This document shows positions 37,904 through 47,074 of a stretch of DNA of 64,000 nucleotides, in pieces. This DNA is from Calditrichia bacterium (GTDB lineage Bacteria; Calditrichota; Calditrichia; RBG-13-44-9; J075). A model generated the notes under the pieces. It had not been told where the DNA came from. It made no database searches and saw only the letters and a program-made list of their open reading frames with translations. The stretch covers positions 76,998 to 140,997 of the forward strand of contig JACKAP010000006.1 of NCBI GenBank assembly GCA_020635015.1, given 5' to 3'. The translations under genes and the position numbers were made by a program. Position 1 is the first letter of the stretch, and each line of letters begins with the position of its first letter.

Positions 37904-38994
37904 GATGTCGGTCCTTCATCGGTTGAATGTTGCACAGGATTCGTCTCCGGATAATGGATCTCACCCCGGGAGAGCAGGCTGTCCAGCTGGCTGATTTCGC
38001 CAATCAGATCGATGGTGTAATGGGTGAAGAGTTTGCCCACCTGGTAATCGTTGACCGGTTCCAATTTCCGCCCCCGGGCCAGATCAACGTAATGGGCGGG
38101 CAGGTTGATCTCTGCCGCCACTCCGAGGTAGATCCAGGCGGGAAAGCGCGGGTTGATCTCCAGGATATAGAGTTTCTGGTCGCGCCGGGCCAGCAGGGTC
38201 TCCATCTCCAGCGCGCCCCGCCAGCGAGTGGCGCTAATGAAGCGGCGGGTGAGGTCGAGTAGCTGCTCGTTGCGGATACTCACCCCCGCCCAGCCCTTGC
38301 CCTTGTCGGTGAGCAGGATCTTCTTCATGCACAGGGCGGACACAATGCCGCCGTCGCCCCCGCCCAGCGCCGCTGCATTGAATTCCTCGCCCTGGATATA
38401 TTCCTGCACCAGCAGCGGGTAGCCCCACTTGTTGGCCAGCAGGCGGGCGTAAGAGAGCGCCTGAGGCTGGTCGTGGCAAATGTAAGCGTCGTAATAGATC
38501 CCTTTGACCAGCAGCGGGAAGCCGACCTCCCGCAGCGCTGCCTCCAGATCGGCCAGATGGTGCACCGTCACAGTGCGTGGTACCGCAAAATCAAATTTAC
38601 GGCCCAGTTCCGCCAGGTTGGCTTTGGAGCGGGCCTCGATCTGCGCAGTGGTGGGGATGAACATCCGGGTCCCGCTCTCCCGCAATTCAGCTTCCAGCCC
38701 GGCAAAGTGGGCGATCTCCGAATCCAGGGTGGGGATGATGATGTCGATGGGCGTTCTCTGCCGGATCTCATCCAGGCGCTGCTGCAGCGCCTCCCGCCCT
38801 TCCCGGGGGTAGGGCAGCAGATAGCCGGCACGGAACAGCTCGCGGTCGAACAGCCCGGGATCGATGGCGTCATAGCCGAGGGCGATCAGGCGATAATCCT
38901 GCCCGCCCTGGGCCATCAGACTGCGCGCCACCGCCACACCCGGACCGGGACTCTCCACGGCGTTGACCCCGGTAATGGCTATGGTCAGACTCAT
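37900..38994 (-). CDS. ATP-grasp family carboxylate-amine/peptide ligase
   Basis: Pre-ATP-grasp N-domain and 'LYILEINPRFPAW' ATP-grasp core. Its start overlaps the PqqD-like stop by 4 nt. Confidence 0.8.
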   Translation of the reverse strand: MSLTIAITGVNAVESPGPGVAVARSLMAQGGQDYRLIALGYDAIDPGLFDRELFRAGYLLPYPREGREALQQRLDEIRQRTPIDIIIPTLDSEIAHFAGLEAELRESGTRMFIPTTAQIEARSKANLAELGRKFDFAVPRTVTVHHLADLEAALREVGFPLLVKGIYYDAYICHDQPQALSYARLLANKWGYPLLVQEYIQGEEFNAAALGGGDGGIVSALCMKKILLTDKGKGWAGVSIRNEQLLDLTRRFISATRWRGALEMETLLARRDQKLYILEINPRFPAWIYLGVAAEINLPAHYVDLARGRKLEPVNDYQVGKLFTHYTIDLIGEISQLDSLLSRGEIHYPETNPVQHSTDEGPTS

Positions 38995-39269
38995 ATGCTG
39001 TTCTCCTGTGTGTCAAAACTGACCAGGCCGAGGTTGATCAGCATTGGGATGAATTCGCGGATATCCTTGTCGAGTACCCGTTCGTCCACTTCGTAAACTT
39101 CCAGCAGGCGGGTTTTGATCGCCTCGGTATCGGTGATGCCTTCTTTGAGGCACTGGATGATGTCTCGGGCAACCTCATTGGTGCTGAGGATTTCCCCGGT
39201 GCCGGGATCGAATACGAACCCGGTATCGCTGATGATGAATTGCTGTAATCTTTCCACATTGTAGCGCAT
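38991..39269 (-). CDS. PqqD-family protein (RiPP-recognition-element-like peptide chaperone)
   Basis: 92 aa; 'FVFDPGTGEILSTNEVARDIIQCLKEGITDTEAI...VDERVLDKDIREFIPMLINLGLV' matches the PqqD pattern. Confidence 0.7.
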   Translation of the reverse strand: MRYNVERLQQFIISDTGFVFDPGTGEILSTNEVARDIIQCLKEGITDTEAIKTRLLEVYEVDERVLDKDIREFIPMLINLGLVSFDTQENSI

Positions 39270-39287
39270 GGCGAATTCTCCTGAAGA

Positions 39288-39719
39288 TTAGGGGGATACC
39301 AGGTAAGCCCAGATATAGGCGGTCATGCCGTCGAGCTTATAGCCGAGTTTATTGCATACCGCGTCGTCTTCGGCACAGTCTTTTTTTTCCAGCTTGCGCA
39401 GCCAAACCGCGGCCTCGAAGGTGCCGTTGAGGTATTCCGGATCGACCACGATCTCCTTCACCGTCACCCCCTGTTTGATCGAAAAAGAGAGATGCTTGCC
39501 CTCTTCCAGGGTATTGGTCACATTGGGCGGGTAAAGCGAGACCCCCAGCCACATGTCCTTGCCGCTGACGTGGGCAGTGAGGGTTAGTTTGAGGGTGTTG
39601 CCGCCGTTTTTGGTGATCTCGTAGGAGAACCCGATCTGGTCGGTCTGGGCGGCCGCCCCATTTCCAAAGGCGCTGATTAACGCCAGCAGGATGATAAAAA
39701 TTAATGTGTTACGCTTCAT
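39288..39719 (-). CDS. Small secreted hypothetical protein (signal peptide; C-terminal Cys pair)
   Basis: MKRNTLIFIILLALISAFGNGAAAQ signal and '...KDCAEDDAVC...'. No recognisable family. Confidence 0.6.
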   Translation of the reverse strand: MKRNTLIFIILLALISAFGNGAAAQTDQIGFSYEITKNGGNTLKLTLTAHVSGKDMWLGVSLYPPNVTNTLEEGKHLSFSIKQGVTVKEIVVDPEYLNGTFEAAVWLRKLEKKDCAEDDAVCNKLGYKLDGMTAYIWAYLVSP

Positions 39720-39731
39720 AGTGATGACTCC

Positions 39732-40604
39732 TTAGAATTTATAGAACAAACCAAATGTATAGTACACAGCACTGAACTGAAATCCCTGGTCGTCATAGCG
39801 CTCATATTGGACATCCGCATAAGGCTTGAGGTGCTTGCCGAGCTGGTAGTAGGCGGTGAGCCCCAGGTTGGTGGTCAGCATCACGTCGGTGGTGTAGAGC
39901 ACCAGCGTCGAGGGGTTATAAGAAAGTACCTGTTCCCCGAAAATTCCGTAAGCAGTAAGGGTGAGTTTGCGGGGCACGGGGTACCAGGTTAGCTCCGGAT
40001 GCACGCTCCAGCCCCATTTGATATTCTGCACCGGCTGTTCATAAAACGAAAAATGCCCGGAAGCCTGCGCCCAGACATAATAGTTGAACAGGGCCATGCC
40101 CCAGGTGGCGGAGACTTCGGCTTTATCGGCCAGGTCGTTAGGAAAATAGTGCAGATTAAGATCCGCATAATAGCGCCCCGCCGGAGAAAACCAGGAAAGG
40201 GAGAGGTAGCCGGGAAAGGTCTGATCGACCGCCGGAAAAGGCGCCCACAGCGCGCTGCCCTCCAGGGCCAGGGTAAAGCTGCCGCGATGGCGAGTATAGA
40301 AGGTGCGGGCCAGGCTGACCCGCAGGTGGTCGCTGCGGGCCGGCTCGCCGTCGGTTTTGTCGACCGTGATGTCGGTATGGCGCCAGCCCAAGGCCAGCCA
40401 CCAGGTCTTGGCTCGATTGTTATAATAGATGTCGCCCCTTCCGGAGCGAAATACGTCGACCAGGCTGTTTTCGTAGATTCCGTAGACGCCTTTCGCCGCG
40501 ACCGTGAGCGAGGACTGGGCAGATGCCTTGCCGCTCAGGAACAGCGCCAGGCAGATCAGTTGTAAAACCGTAAATTGCAGTAAGCGGGTCGATAAGCGTT
40601 TCAA
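39732..40604 (-). CDS. Putative outer-membrane beta-barrel protein
   Basis: Signal peptide, alternating amphipathic strands rich in Y/W/G, and a C-terminal aromatic residue (...FGLFYKF). Confidence 0.6.
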   Translation of the reverse strand: MKRLSTRLLQFTVLQLICLALFLSGKASAQSSLTVAAKGVYGIYENSLVDVFRSGRGDIYYNNRAKTWWLALGWRHTDITVDKTDGEPARSDHLRVSLARTFYTRHRGSFTLALEGSALWAPFPAVDQTFPGYLSLSWFSPAGRYYADLNLHYFPNDLADKAEVSATWGMALFNYYVWAQASGHFSFYEQPVQNIKWGWSVHPELTWYPVPRKLTLTAYGIFGEQVLSYNPSTLVLYTTDVMLTTNLGLTAYYQLGKHLKPYADVQYERYDDQGFQFSAVYYTFGLFYKF

Positions 40605-40611
40605 ACCGTAT

Positions 40612-42765
40612 TCACTCCCCGGGTGTCTGTTCGTAATACTCTATTTTATCTAACTTTAATTCGACGCCATTCTCCTGGAGATAATTGAATCCTTCCCCTT
40701 TGCGGAACACCAGTTGGCGGGTGCCAGCCTTGCGCTTGAACGTAAAATGCCATCTGATAAATCCGCCTCGGATCTGCTGGGCCTGCTTGAGCAGAATGGT
40801 TTCGTCGGGCAGTTTTTCCAGGGAATTGTCGATCTCCAGGAAGCAGCGCAGGCCGAAAATGGTAAACAGGTCCAGGAAGTGCACCAGGTAACGGGGCAGG
40901 GTGTAATCCAGGGAGGTCTGGCTGGTCCAATGAAGTTTGCCCGGCGCTTCCGGAAACACCACATCGGTGAGGGTCTGGGCCAGCAGAAACAGGGCGCTGT
41001 TGCGCTTTCCCTGATACTTTTTCAGCGAGAGCACTCCTTCAGACAGGTCGAAATAGAGCCGGTCGCCGTCCTGGTTTTCCAGGCAGAGATTGTTGTAAAA
41101 ATCATTGTGCAGATGCCAGGATTCCTCAGAGCTCAACTTGCCGCTGTTCAGGATCAACTGCCATTTTTTGTAAATTTCATCGAAGAAATATTTGCTGTAG
41201 TCGGCATCATAGCGCAGGTTCTCCACCCGGTCATCTTTGTTGAGGATGCCCTTGGGAAGCAGGCGGTCGGCGGCGTTATCCTGTTTGATCAGCAGATTGG
41301 AAAATTCAAAATAAAGTGCCGGGGCGCCGATGTAATCCTGAGCCTGAAACTGCAGGTGGATATGCGGGTAGGGAGAACGGCCGGAATTGCCGCAGTGCCC
41401 GATTTTATCACCTTTACTGACGGTATCCCCTGCTTTGACGCTGATCGAATCCTTCTGCAGGTGAGCGATGCAGCTGTAGAAATAGGGGGCATGCTCGATG
41501 ATCACGCAGTTGCCCCAGTTGTCGCGGGGATTGGCCTGCCCGGGGCGGTTGTCATAGATGTCATTTTTGACCCGAACGACCGTGCCGTCGGCCGGGGCGA
41601 GCACCAGGGCGTTGTAGCAATAGTAATCGCTCAGCTTCTCCCCGCTGCCGCTGTAAATGCTGCCGCCGGTGTCGCGGATCATGAAGTCGATCCCATAAGC
41701 CCATTCGTCTTTATGGGTATATTCGCCTTTGAATGCCTGGCTCACCACCCAGTCGCTGTAAAAGGGCAGGGAGATCGCCACCCCGTAGCGCCGCCACATC
41801 TTCAGGTTTTCCCGGTAGCTGCTCAGGTTCTCCTCAGGTGATAGCGGGTGGGAACTCAATTCCAGCCCCAGCGAGGGATGGAGGCGCATCTTTAAGGCAA
41901 ATACCACCAGTAGCACCGAGAGGTTGAAAGACAGCGCAAGAGAAGAGAGATAAAACGGCATGGCGATCTCCAGCGCGATCAGGTTCATGTAAACGATAAA
42001 GATGCCGAAGATCGCCAGCAGGAGGCTGGATAGATTCGGGATCAGGAACACCCCGCCCAGCGCCAGGGCGGTGAGCATATAGTTGAAGCCAAGATATTGG
42101 CTGTGAATGAACGCTTCGCTCACCCCGAAAAATTCGTGGATGTAATACCCGCCCAGCCAGCCGATCCCGATCAGCAACAGCGAGAGGCGGGAATAAATCA
42201 GCAGCCCGGCGGCGATCAGGATGCCTGAGATCGGGTTGATGGTGAAAAAGATCGCCCCGAGGTTCTTGAAAAACAGGTTGAGGCTAAGGGGCAAGGCATG
42301 CAGGGAGACGTCAAACACCTGCCAGCGCACCTCCGAAGGGGTCAGGTAGCCGCTGCCAAAGCTGGCGATGATGGCGGTGTAGATGATCAGATTGAAGGGG
42401 AGGCTCATGTAGGGCAGCCCGTAGGCGCTCAAGAAGGTTTTGATCCACATGGTGAAGACGGTCATCAGGATCACCGCAATGATGACCAGGATGACCAGGT
42501 GGAGGGAGACATCGTAATAAAGGCTCAGGCCTAACGCCACCAGAATACCGTTGAAGCCCCATAAGCCTTGCCGTATCTCCTGGCGGCTGAATCCCAGCAG
42601 GTAGGCGACCAGGTTGGCAATCAGCGCCCCTCCCAGGCCGAAGATGCCGTGGGAGGGAATGACCAGGGTTGCCAGCAGGATAATCAATCCCAATGCCTGA
42701 TGTTGTGAAAAGAATATGAGCGAATAGCTTTTTAAGGTACTCTCTGTCCAGAATTTCGCATTCAT
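40612..42765 (-). CDS. Polytopic membrane protein with N-terminal urea-transporter (UT)-like domain fused to M23 metallopeptidase and C-terminal domain of unknown function
   Basis: N-terminal 'ALGLIILLATLV...GLWGFNGILVALG' resembles the UT-family LSGLLILVGL...GLYGYN. M23 core 'HAPYFYSCIAHL...GHCGNSGRSPYPHIHLQF'. This is the first gene of a six-gene operon. Confidence 0.7.
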   Translation of the reverse strand: MNAKFWTESTLKSYSLIFFSQHQALGLIILLATLVIPSHGIFGLGGALIANLVAYLLGFSRQEIRQGLWGFNGILVALGLSLYYDVSLHLVILVIIAVILMTVFTMWIKTFLSAYGLPYMSLPFNLIIYTAIIASFGSGYLTPSEVRWQVFDVSLHALPLSLNLFFKNLGAIFFTINPISGILIAAGLLIYSRLSLLLIGIGWLGGYYIHEFFGVSEAFIHSQYLGFNYMLTALALGGVFLIPNLSSLLLAIFGIFIVYMNLIALEIAMPFYLSSLALSFNLSVLLVVFALKMRLHPSLGLELSSHPLSPEENLSSYRENLKMWRRYGVAISLPFYSDWVVSQAFKGEYTHKDEWAYGIDFMIRDTGGSIYSGSGEKLSDYYCYNALVLAPADGTVVRVKNDIYDNRPGQANPRDNWGNCVIIEHAPYFYSCIAHLQKDSISVKAGDTVSKGDKIGHCGNSGRSPYPHIHLQFQAQDYIGAPALYFEFSNLLIKQDNAADRLLPKGILNKDDRVENLRYDADYSKYFFDEIYKKWQLILNSGKLSSEESWHLHNDFYNNLCLENQDGDRLYFDLSEGVLSLKKYQGKRNSALFLLAQTLTDVVFPEAPGKLHWTSQTSLDYTLPRYLVHFLDLFTIFGLRCFLEIDNSLEKLPDETILLKQAQQIRGGFIRWHFTFKRKAGTRQLVFRKGEGFNYLQENGVELKLDKIEYYEQTPGE

Positions 42766-42964
42766 CTCCGGCTCTCAGCTTGTGCGATCGAATAGTGAAT
42801 TGCAAACTGGCATTAATCCAACTTTATTATGATGCTGGATACTGGATGCTGGATACAAGATTGGGTCGAGCATCCAGCGTCTTCGGATGTATAGATCGTT
42901 ACCATTCGCATTGTAATATACCGGATTTAATCGCGGTACTCCATCATTGATACATTTTGTTCGC

Positions 42965-43369
42965 GGTTGATGGGTTAATGGGGAAAAGGATAAAGGATAA
43001 AGGATAAAGGATAAAGGATAAAGGTTGAAGATACTGGATACTGGATACTGGATAAAATAAAAATGCTTGTTCAGGTGTGAAAATCGGGTTCATTTAAGCA
43101 TCCAGCATCCAGCATCCAGCATCCAGCATCCAGCATCCAGCATCCAGCATCCAGCATCCAGCATCCAGCATCCAACATCCAACATCCAGCATCCAACATA
43201 TACTCATCAGACAAAGCCATCCGCAAAAACTTGCAAATTTCCTATTGACCTGACCCGATCCCTTCAACATATTTCCGCCGCAATGAAAAATCAACCCATC
43301 AACCCATCAACCCATCAACCCATCAACCCATCAACCGATCAACCCATTAACCCATCAACCCATCAACCC
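42965..43369. repeat. IR-L: composite heptamer block (GGATAAA)5-(ATACTGG)3-unique core-(GCATCCA)12-(ACATCCA)-(CCATCAA)9 running up to the S9 peptidase start codon
   Basis: Seen directly. Its first 200 bp or so are the reverse complement of 45296-45545. Confidence 0.9.
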
Positions 43370-45295
43370 ATGAAAACATTACCCTATGGCACCTGGCCAT
43401 CACCGATTACCGCCGATCTCATCGCTGCCGCCGGGCGGCGGCTGGGCGATATCGCCGTCGATGGAGATTCGGTTTACTGGATCGAAAGTCGCCCGGAGCA
43501 GGAGGGGCGCAATACCATCATGATGTGGAACCCCGGCGGGGAGTTTCGGGAAGTTACCCCGCCGCCTTTTAATGTGCGCTCCCGGGCCCATGAATACGGC
43601 GGCGGCGCTATGGCGGTGTATGGCGGCCGGGTGTTCTTTGTGAACGATGCAGATCGCCAGATCTATCACATTCCTCCCGGCGGATCCCCGCAGGCGCTGA
43701 CCAGCGAATCCGATACCGCCTATGCCGATATGATCCTCGATCCGGCGCGCCAGCGGCTGATCCTGGTGCAGGAGCATTATTTTGATGACAGCCGCCCGCC
43801 CCGCGACATGCTGGCCGTGCTTTCCCTGCGCGGCCGCCCGGGATATTGTGAGCCGCTGGTGAGCGGGAACGATTTCTATGCCAGTCCCGCCCTGAGCCGC
43901 GACGGCCGGCAGCTTTGCTGGCTGAGCTGGGACCATCCGGCAATGCCCTGGAACGGTACTGAATTATGGGTGGCGGAGGTAGGGGATGACGGTCAACTGC
44001 GCCGCCGGCGCCGGATTGCCGGAGGCGCGCAGGAGTCGGTGTTCCAGCCGCAATGGGGTACAGACGGCACCCTGTATTTTGCTTCCGACCGCAGGGAGGG
44101 CTGGTGGAACCTCCATGCCTGGGATGGGCACACCATCCGGCCGGTGCTGGAGATGGCTGCGGAGTTCGCCTTGCCCCAGTGGGTTTTCGGAATGTCGACC
44201 TATTGTATTTTGAATGAGCGTTGTATCGCCGCTGCGTACACCCGGGAGGGGCGCTGGGAGATGGGGCTGATCGATCCGCAGCGCGGTGATCTGGAGGCCC
44301 TGGCGCTGCCCTTTAGCTATATTACCCAGGTTCGCGGCGCCGGGGAGCGGATCGCTTTTGTCGGCGCTGCGCCGGATGCAGCGGAGGCGGTTTATACCCT
44401 GGAACTGCCGTCGCAGCACCTGCAGATGTTGCGGAAATCCAGCGATCTGGAGGTGGATGCCGGCTATATTTCCACCCCGCAGGCAGTGAGTTTTGAAAGT
44501 GATGGCGAGGAGGTGCACGGCTTTTTCTATCCTCCCAGCAATCGCGATTTCAGCGCTCCGGAGGACGAAAAACCTCCGCTGATCGTATTCATTCACGGCG
44601 GTCCCACGGCGGCGGCGAACAGCGGATTGGATCTTCGCAAACAATTTTGGACCAGCCGCGGCTTTGCGGTGCTCGACGTCAACTACCGGGGCAGCACCGG
44701 CTATGGGCGGGCGTACCGGGAAAGCCTCAACGGCCGTTGGGGGGTGGCCGATGTGCAGGATTGCGTCAACGGCGCCCGGCGTCTGGCGGCGCAGCAGCAG
44801 GCGGATCCGGAAAGGCTGCTGATCCGCGGCGGCAGCGCCGGGGGATTCACCGCCCTGGCGGCGCTGACTTTTCACGATTGTTTCCGGGCCGGGGCGAGCT
44901 ATTATGGCATCAGCGATCTGGAAGCGCTGGAGCAGGAGACCCACAAGTTTGAATCGCGCTACAATCATCAATTGATCGCCCCCTATCCCGCCGGTAAGCC
45001 AGTCTACCGCGAACGCTCGCCGCTGCACCATGCCGGGGATCTGAACCGCCCGGTGATCTTCCTGCAGGGCCTGGAGGATCGGGTGGTGCCCCCCGGTCAG
45101 GCGGAAAGAATGGCCCACGCCCTGCGTAAACGCGGCGTGCCGGTGGCTTATCTTACCTTTGAGGGCGAAGGGCACGGCTTCCGCAAGCCGGAAACCATCC
45201 GCCGCGCCCTGGAAGCGGAGTTGTTCTTTTATGGAAGGGTGCTGGGATTCGAGCCCGGGGAGAAGCTTGATCCGGTGCAGATAGATAATTTGTGA
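43370..45295 (+). CDS. S9 family serine peptidase (acylaminoacyl-peptidase / dipeptidyl-aminopeptidase-like beta-propeller + alpha/beta-hydrolase)
   Basis: Nucleophile elbow 'GGSAGG' and a C-terminal 'HGF' His. The true start is ATG 43370 (MKTLPYGTWPSP); the upstream 100 codons of the listed ORF translate heptamer repeats (SIQHPAS..., QPINPST...). Confidence 0.85.
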   Translation: MKTLPYGTWPSPITADLIAAAGRRLGDIAVDGDSVYWIESRPEQEGRNTIMMWNPGGEFREVTPPPFNVRSRAHEYGGGAMAVYGGRVFFVNDADRQIYHIPPGGSPQALTSESDTAYADMILDPARQRLILVQEHYFDDSRPPRDMLAVLSLRGRPGYCEPLVSGNDFYASPALSRDGRQLCWLSWDHPAMPWNGTELWVAEVGDDGQLRRRRRIAGGAQESVFQPQWGTDGTLYFASDRREGWWNLHAWDGHTIRPVLEMAAEFALPQWVFGMSTYCILNERCIAAAYTREGRWEMGLIDPQRGDLEALALPFSYITQVRGAGERIAFVGAAPDAAEAVYTLELPSQHLQMLRKSSDLEVDAGYISTPQAVSFESDGEEVHGFFYPPSNRDFSAPEDEKPPLIVFIHGGPTAAANSGLDLRKQFWTSRGFAVLDVNYRGSTGYGRAYRESLNGRWGVADVQDCVNGARRLAAQQQADPERLLIRGGSAGGFTALAALTFHDCFRAGASYYGISDLEALEQETHKFESRYNHQLIAPYPAGKPVYRERSPLHHAGDLNRPVIFLQGLEDRVVPPGQAERMAHALRKRGVPVAYLTFEGEGHGFRKPETIRRALEAELFFYGRVLGFEPGEKLDPVQIDNL

Positions 45296-45545
45296 GTGGA
45301 TGGGTGGATGGGTTGATGAGTGGATGGGTGGATGGGTTAATGGGTTGAGATGCTGGATGCTGGATGCTGGATGCTGGATGCTGGATGCTGAAATGAACCC
45401 GATTTTCGCACCCGAACAAGCATTTTTATTTTACCCAGTATCCAGCACCTTCAACCTTTATCCTTTATCCTTTATCCTTTACCCTTTATCCTTTATCCTT
45501 TATCCTTTTCCCCATTCACCCATCAACAAGCAATCGCAAAACCAC
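45296..45545. repeat. IR-R: inverted copy of the IR-L composite heptamer block
   Basis: Its reverse complement reads ttgatgggtgaatggggaaaaggataaagg...ggttgaaggtgctggatactgggtaaaataaaaatgcttgttcgggtgcgaaaatcgggttcatttcagcatccagcatccagc..., over 90% identical to 42969-43160. Confidence 0.9.
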
Positions 45546-45562
45546 GAAAGGTAACCGACTTA

Positions 45563-46798
45563 ATGATCTACCAATCCGTCCACAAAACCATTCTCCCCAA
45601 CGGCCTGACCATCGTTTCCGAGCACATCCCTTACGTGCGTTCGATTTCCCTGGGTGTATGGGTGAAGTCCGGCAGCCGCAGTGAAACCCCGGAGAATAAT
45701 GGGGTTGCCCACTTCCTGGAACATCTGCTGTTCAAGGATACCGAGCGGCGCAGCGCTCGCGACGTGGTGCGCAATATCGAGTCTTTGGGCGGAATGATCA
45801 ACGCTTACACCAGCAAAGAGCAGACCTGCTTTCACGTGGAGATTCTTGATGAACACCTTCCCCAGGCGGTGGACGTGCTGGCGGATATCCTGTTCCGCAA
45901 GGGTTTTCCGGAAAATGAGATCGAAAAAGAACGGGAGGTGATCCTGGATGAGATTCAGTCGCTGGAAGACACTCCGGATGAACTGGTGCAGGATATCCTG
46001 ATGGAAAAACTCTACCCCGGCCACAGTCTGGGATTTTCGATCCTGGGTACGGAGCAGTCTATTGCTGCCCTGACCCTGCGCGAGTTGATGAATTTTTACC
46101 ATGCCCATTATTGCCCCGGCAATATCATCATCGCCGCCGCCGGAAATCTGGAACATGCCCGCCTGGTGGATTTGGCACAGGGCAGCTTTTCCTTTTCCGA
46201 TCAGCCTTGCGATTCCAGCGTGGAGGCCCCCCGGCAGTACGGAAAGGGCGAAGTGCGGATCACCCGCCCGATCAACCAGGCGCATGTCTGCCTGGGGATG
46301 CCCGCCTTCTCCTACAGTGATCCCCGTAAATACGATCTACTGGTGCTGAATACGGTTCTGGGCGCCGGGATGGGCTCGCGCCTGTTCCAGAATATCCGGG
46401 AAACATACGGCATCGCCTATGGGATCTACTCGTTTTTTGATTTCTTCAGCGACAACGGCATGTTTGGGGTCTATCTCGGCACCGATCCGAAAAAAGTGCC
46501 CCGGGCGCTGGAACTGGTGGAGAAAGAACTGGCGGTGCTTTGTAAGCGGCAGATACCCCGGCAGGAACTGCAGGAGGCCCAATCTCAACTGAAGGGCAAC
46601 ATCGTACTGGGACTGGAAAGCACCGCCGCGCGCATGAACCGGCTGGCCATGTTGGAAATCTATTTCGATGGTTTCAAGACGATCGATTACATCGTAGAAG
46701 CGATCGACCGCACCACCCGGAGGTCGGTGTGGGAAACCTCCTGCGAGCTTTTCCGGCCGGAGAACTTTCTGCGGGTGGTGTTCTCGCCGGAGGGTTAG
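45563..46798 (+). CDS. M16 family (pitrilysin-like) zinc peptidase
   Basis: Inverted zinc motif 'HFLEHLLFKDTE' (HxxEH). Confidence 0.85.
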   Translation: MIYQSVHKTILPNGLTIVSEHIPYVRSISLGVWVKSGSRSETPENNGVAHFLEHLLFKDTERRSARDVVRNIESLGGMINAYTSKEQTCFHVEILDEHLPQAVDVLADILFRKGFPENEIEKEREVILDEIQSLEDTPDELVQDILMEKLYPGHSLGFSILGTEQSIAALTLRELMNFYHAHYCPGNIIIAAAGNLEHARLVDLAQGSFSFSDQPCDSSVEAPRQYGKGEVRITRPINQAHVCLGMPAFSYSDPRKYDLLVLNTVLGAGMGSRLFQNIRETYGIAYGIYSFFDFFSDNGMFGVYLGTDPKKVPRALELVEKELAVLCKRQIPRQELQEAQSQLKGNIVLGLESTAARMNRLAMLEIYFDGFKTIDYIVEAIDRTTRRSVWETSCELFRPENFLRVVFSPEG

Positions 46799-46826
46799 TG
46801 CATAAGTCATCATCCTGTAAATACCG

Positions 46827-46924
46827 TTGCATGGGGCATGGGGCATGGTGTATTACAGTGCGAGTGTCGACGTATACGCTAGCACATGACGGCGCCATGC
46901 GCTTTGCCCTTTGCCCCATGCAAA
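46827..46924. repeat. MITE-like palindromic element copy 1 (TTGCATGGGGCATGGGG ... CCCCATGCAA)
   Basis: Terminal inverted repeats GCATGGGGCATGGGG / CCCCATGC with an internal TATTACAGTGCG core. Copies are at 52773-52856 and 58702-58798. Confidence 0.85.
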
Positions 46925-47074
46925 AGCCGTCCCCAATATCCAGTCCCCGGCACGAACGAAAATAAGTATGCTAGATATACACATTTTTTTTGTATGTTGC
47001 TGATGAGACGGGGCGATCTGCGGGTCGCCTTTGTTTTTTGGCAGCATGATGTTGATTGATGAAGAGGAGTCAGG

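Noticed and set aside
43067-43369. N-terminal 100 codons of the listed 742-aa ORF (also 57071-57175, 49596-49604 and the antisense ORFs 45153..45419 and 49317..49982)
   Set aside because: These frames translate heptamer DNA repeats into periodic pseudo-peptides (SIQHPAS..., QPINPST..., HPSSFIL...). Real starts are the first ATG/GTG after the tract, with recognisable N-terminal sequence.
42965-45545. Classical composite transposon or IS element
   Set aside because: No transposase, integrase or recombinase ORF lies within or adjacent. The inverted repeats are built from simple heptamer tracts rather than IS-like terminal repeats, so this is described as a repeat-flanked cassette only.
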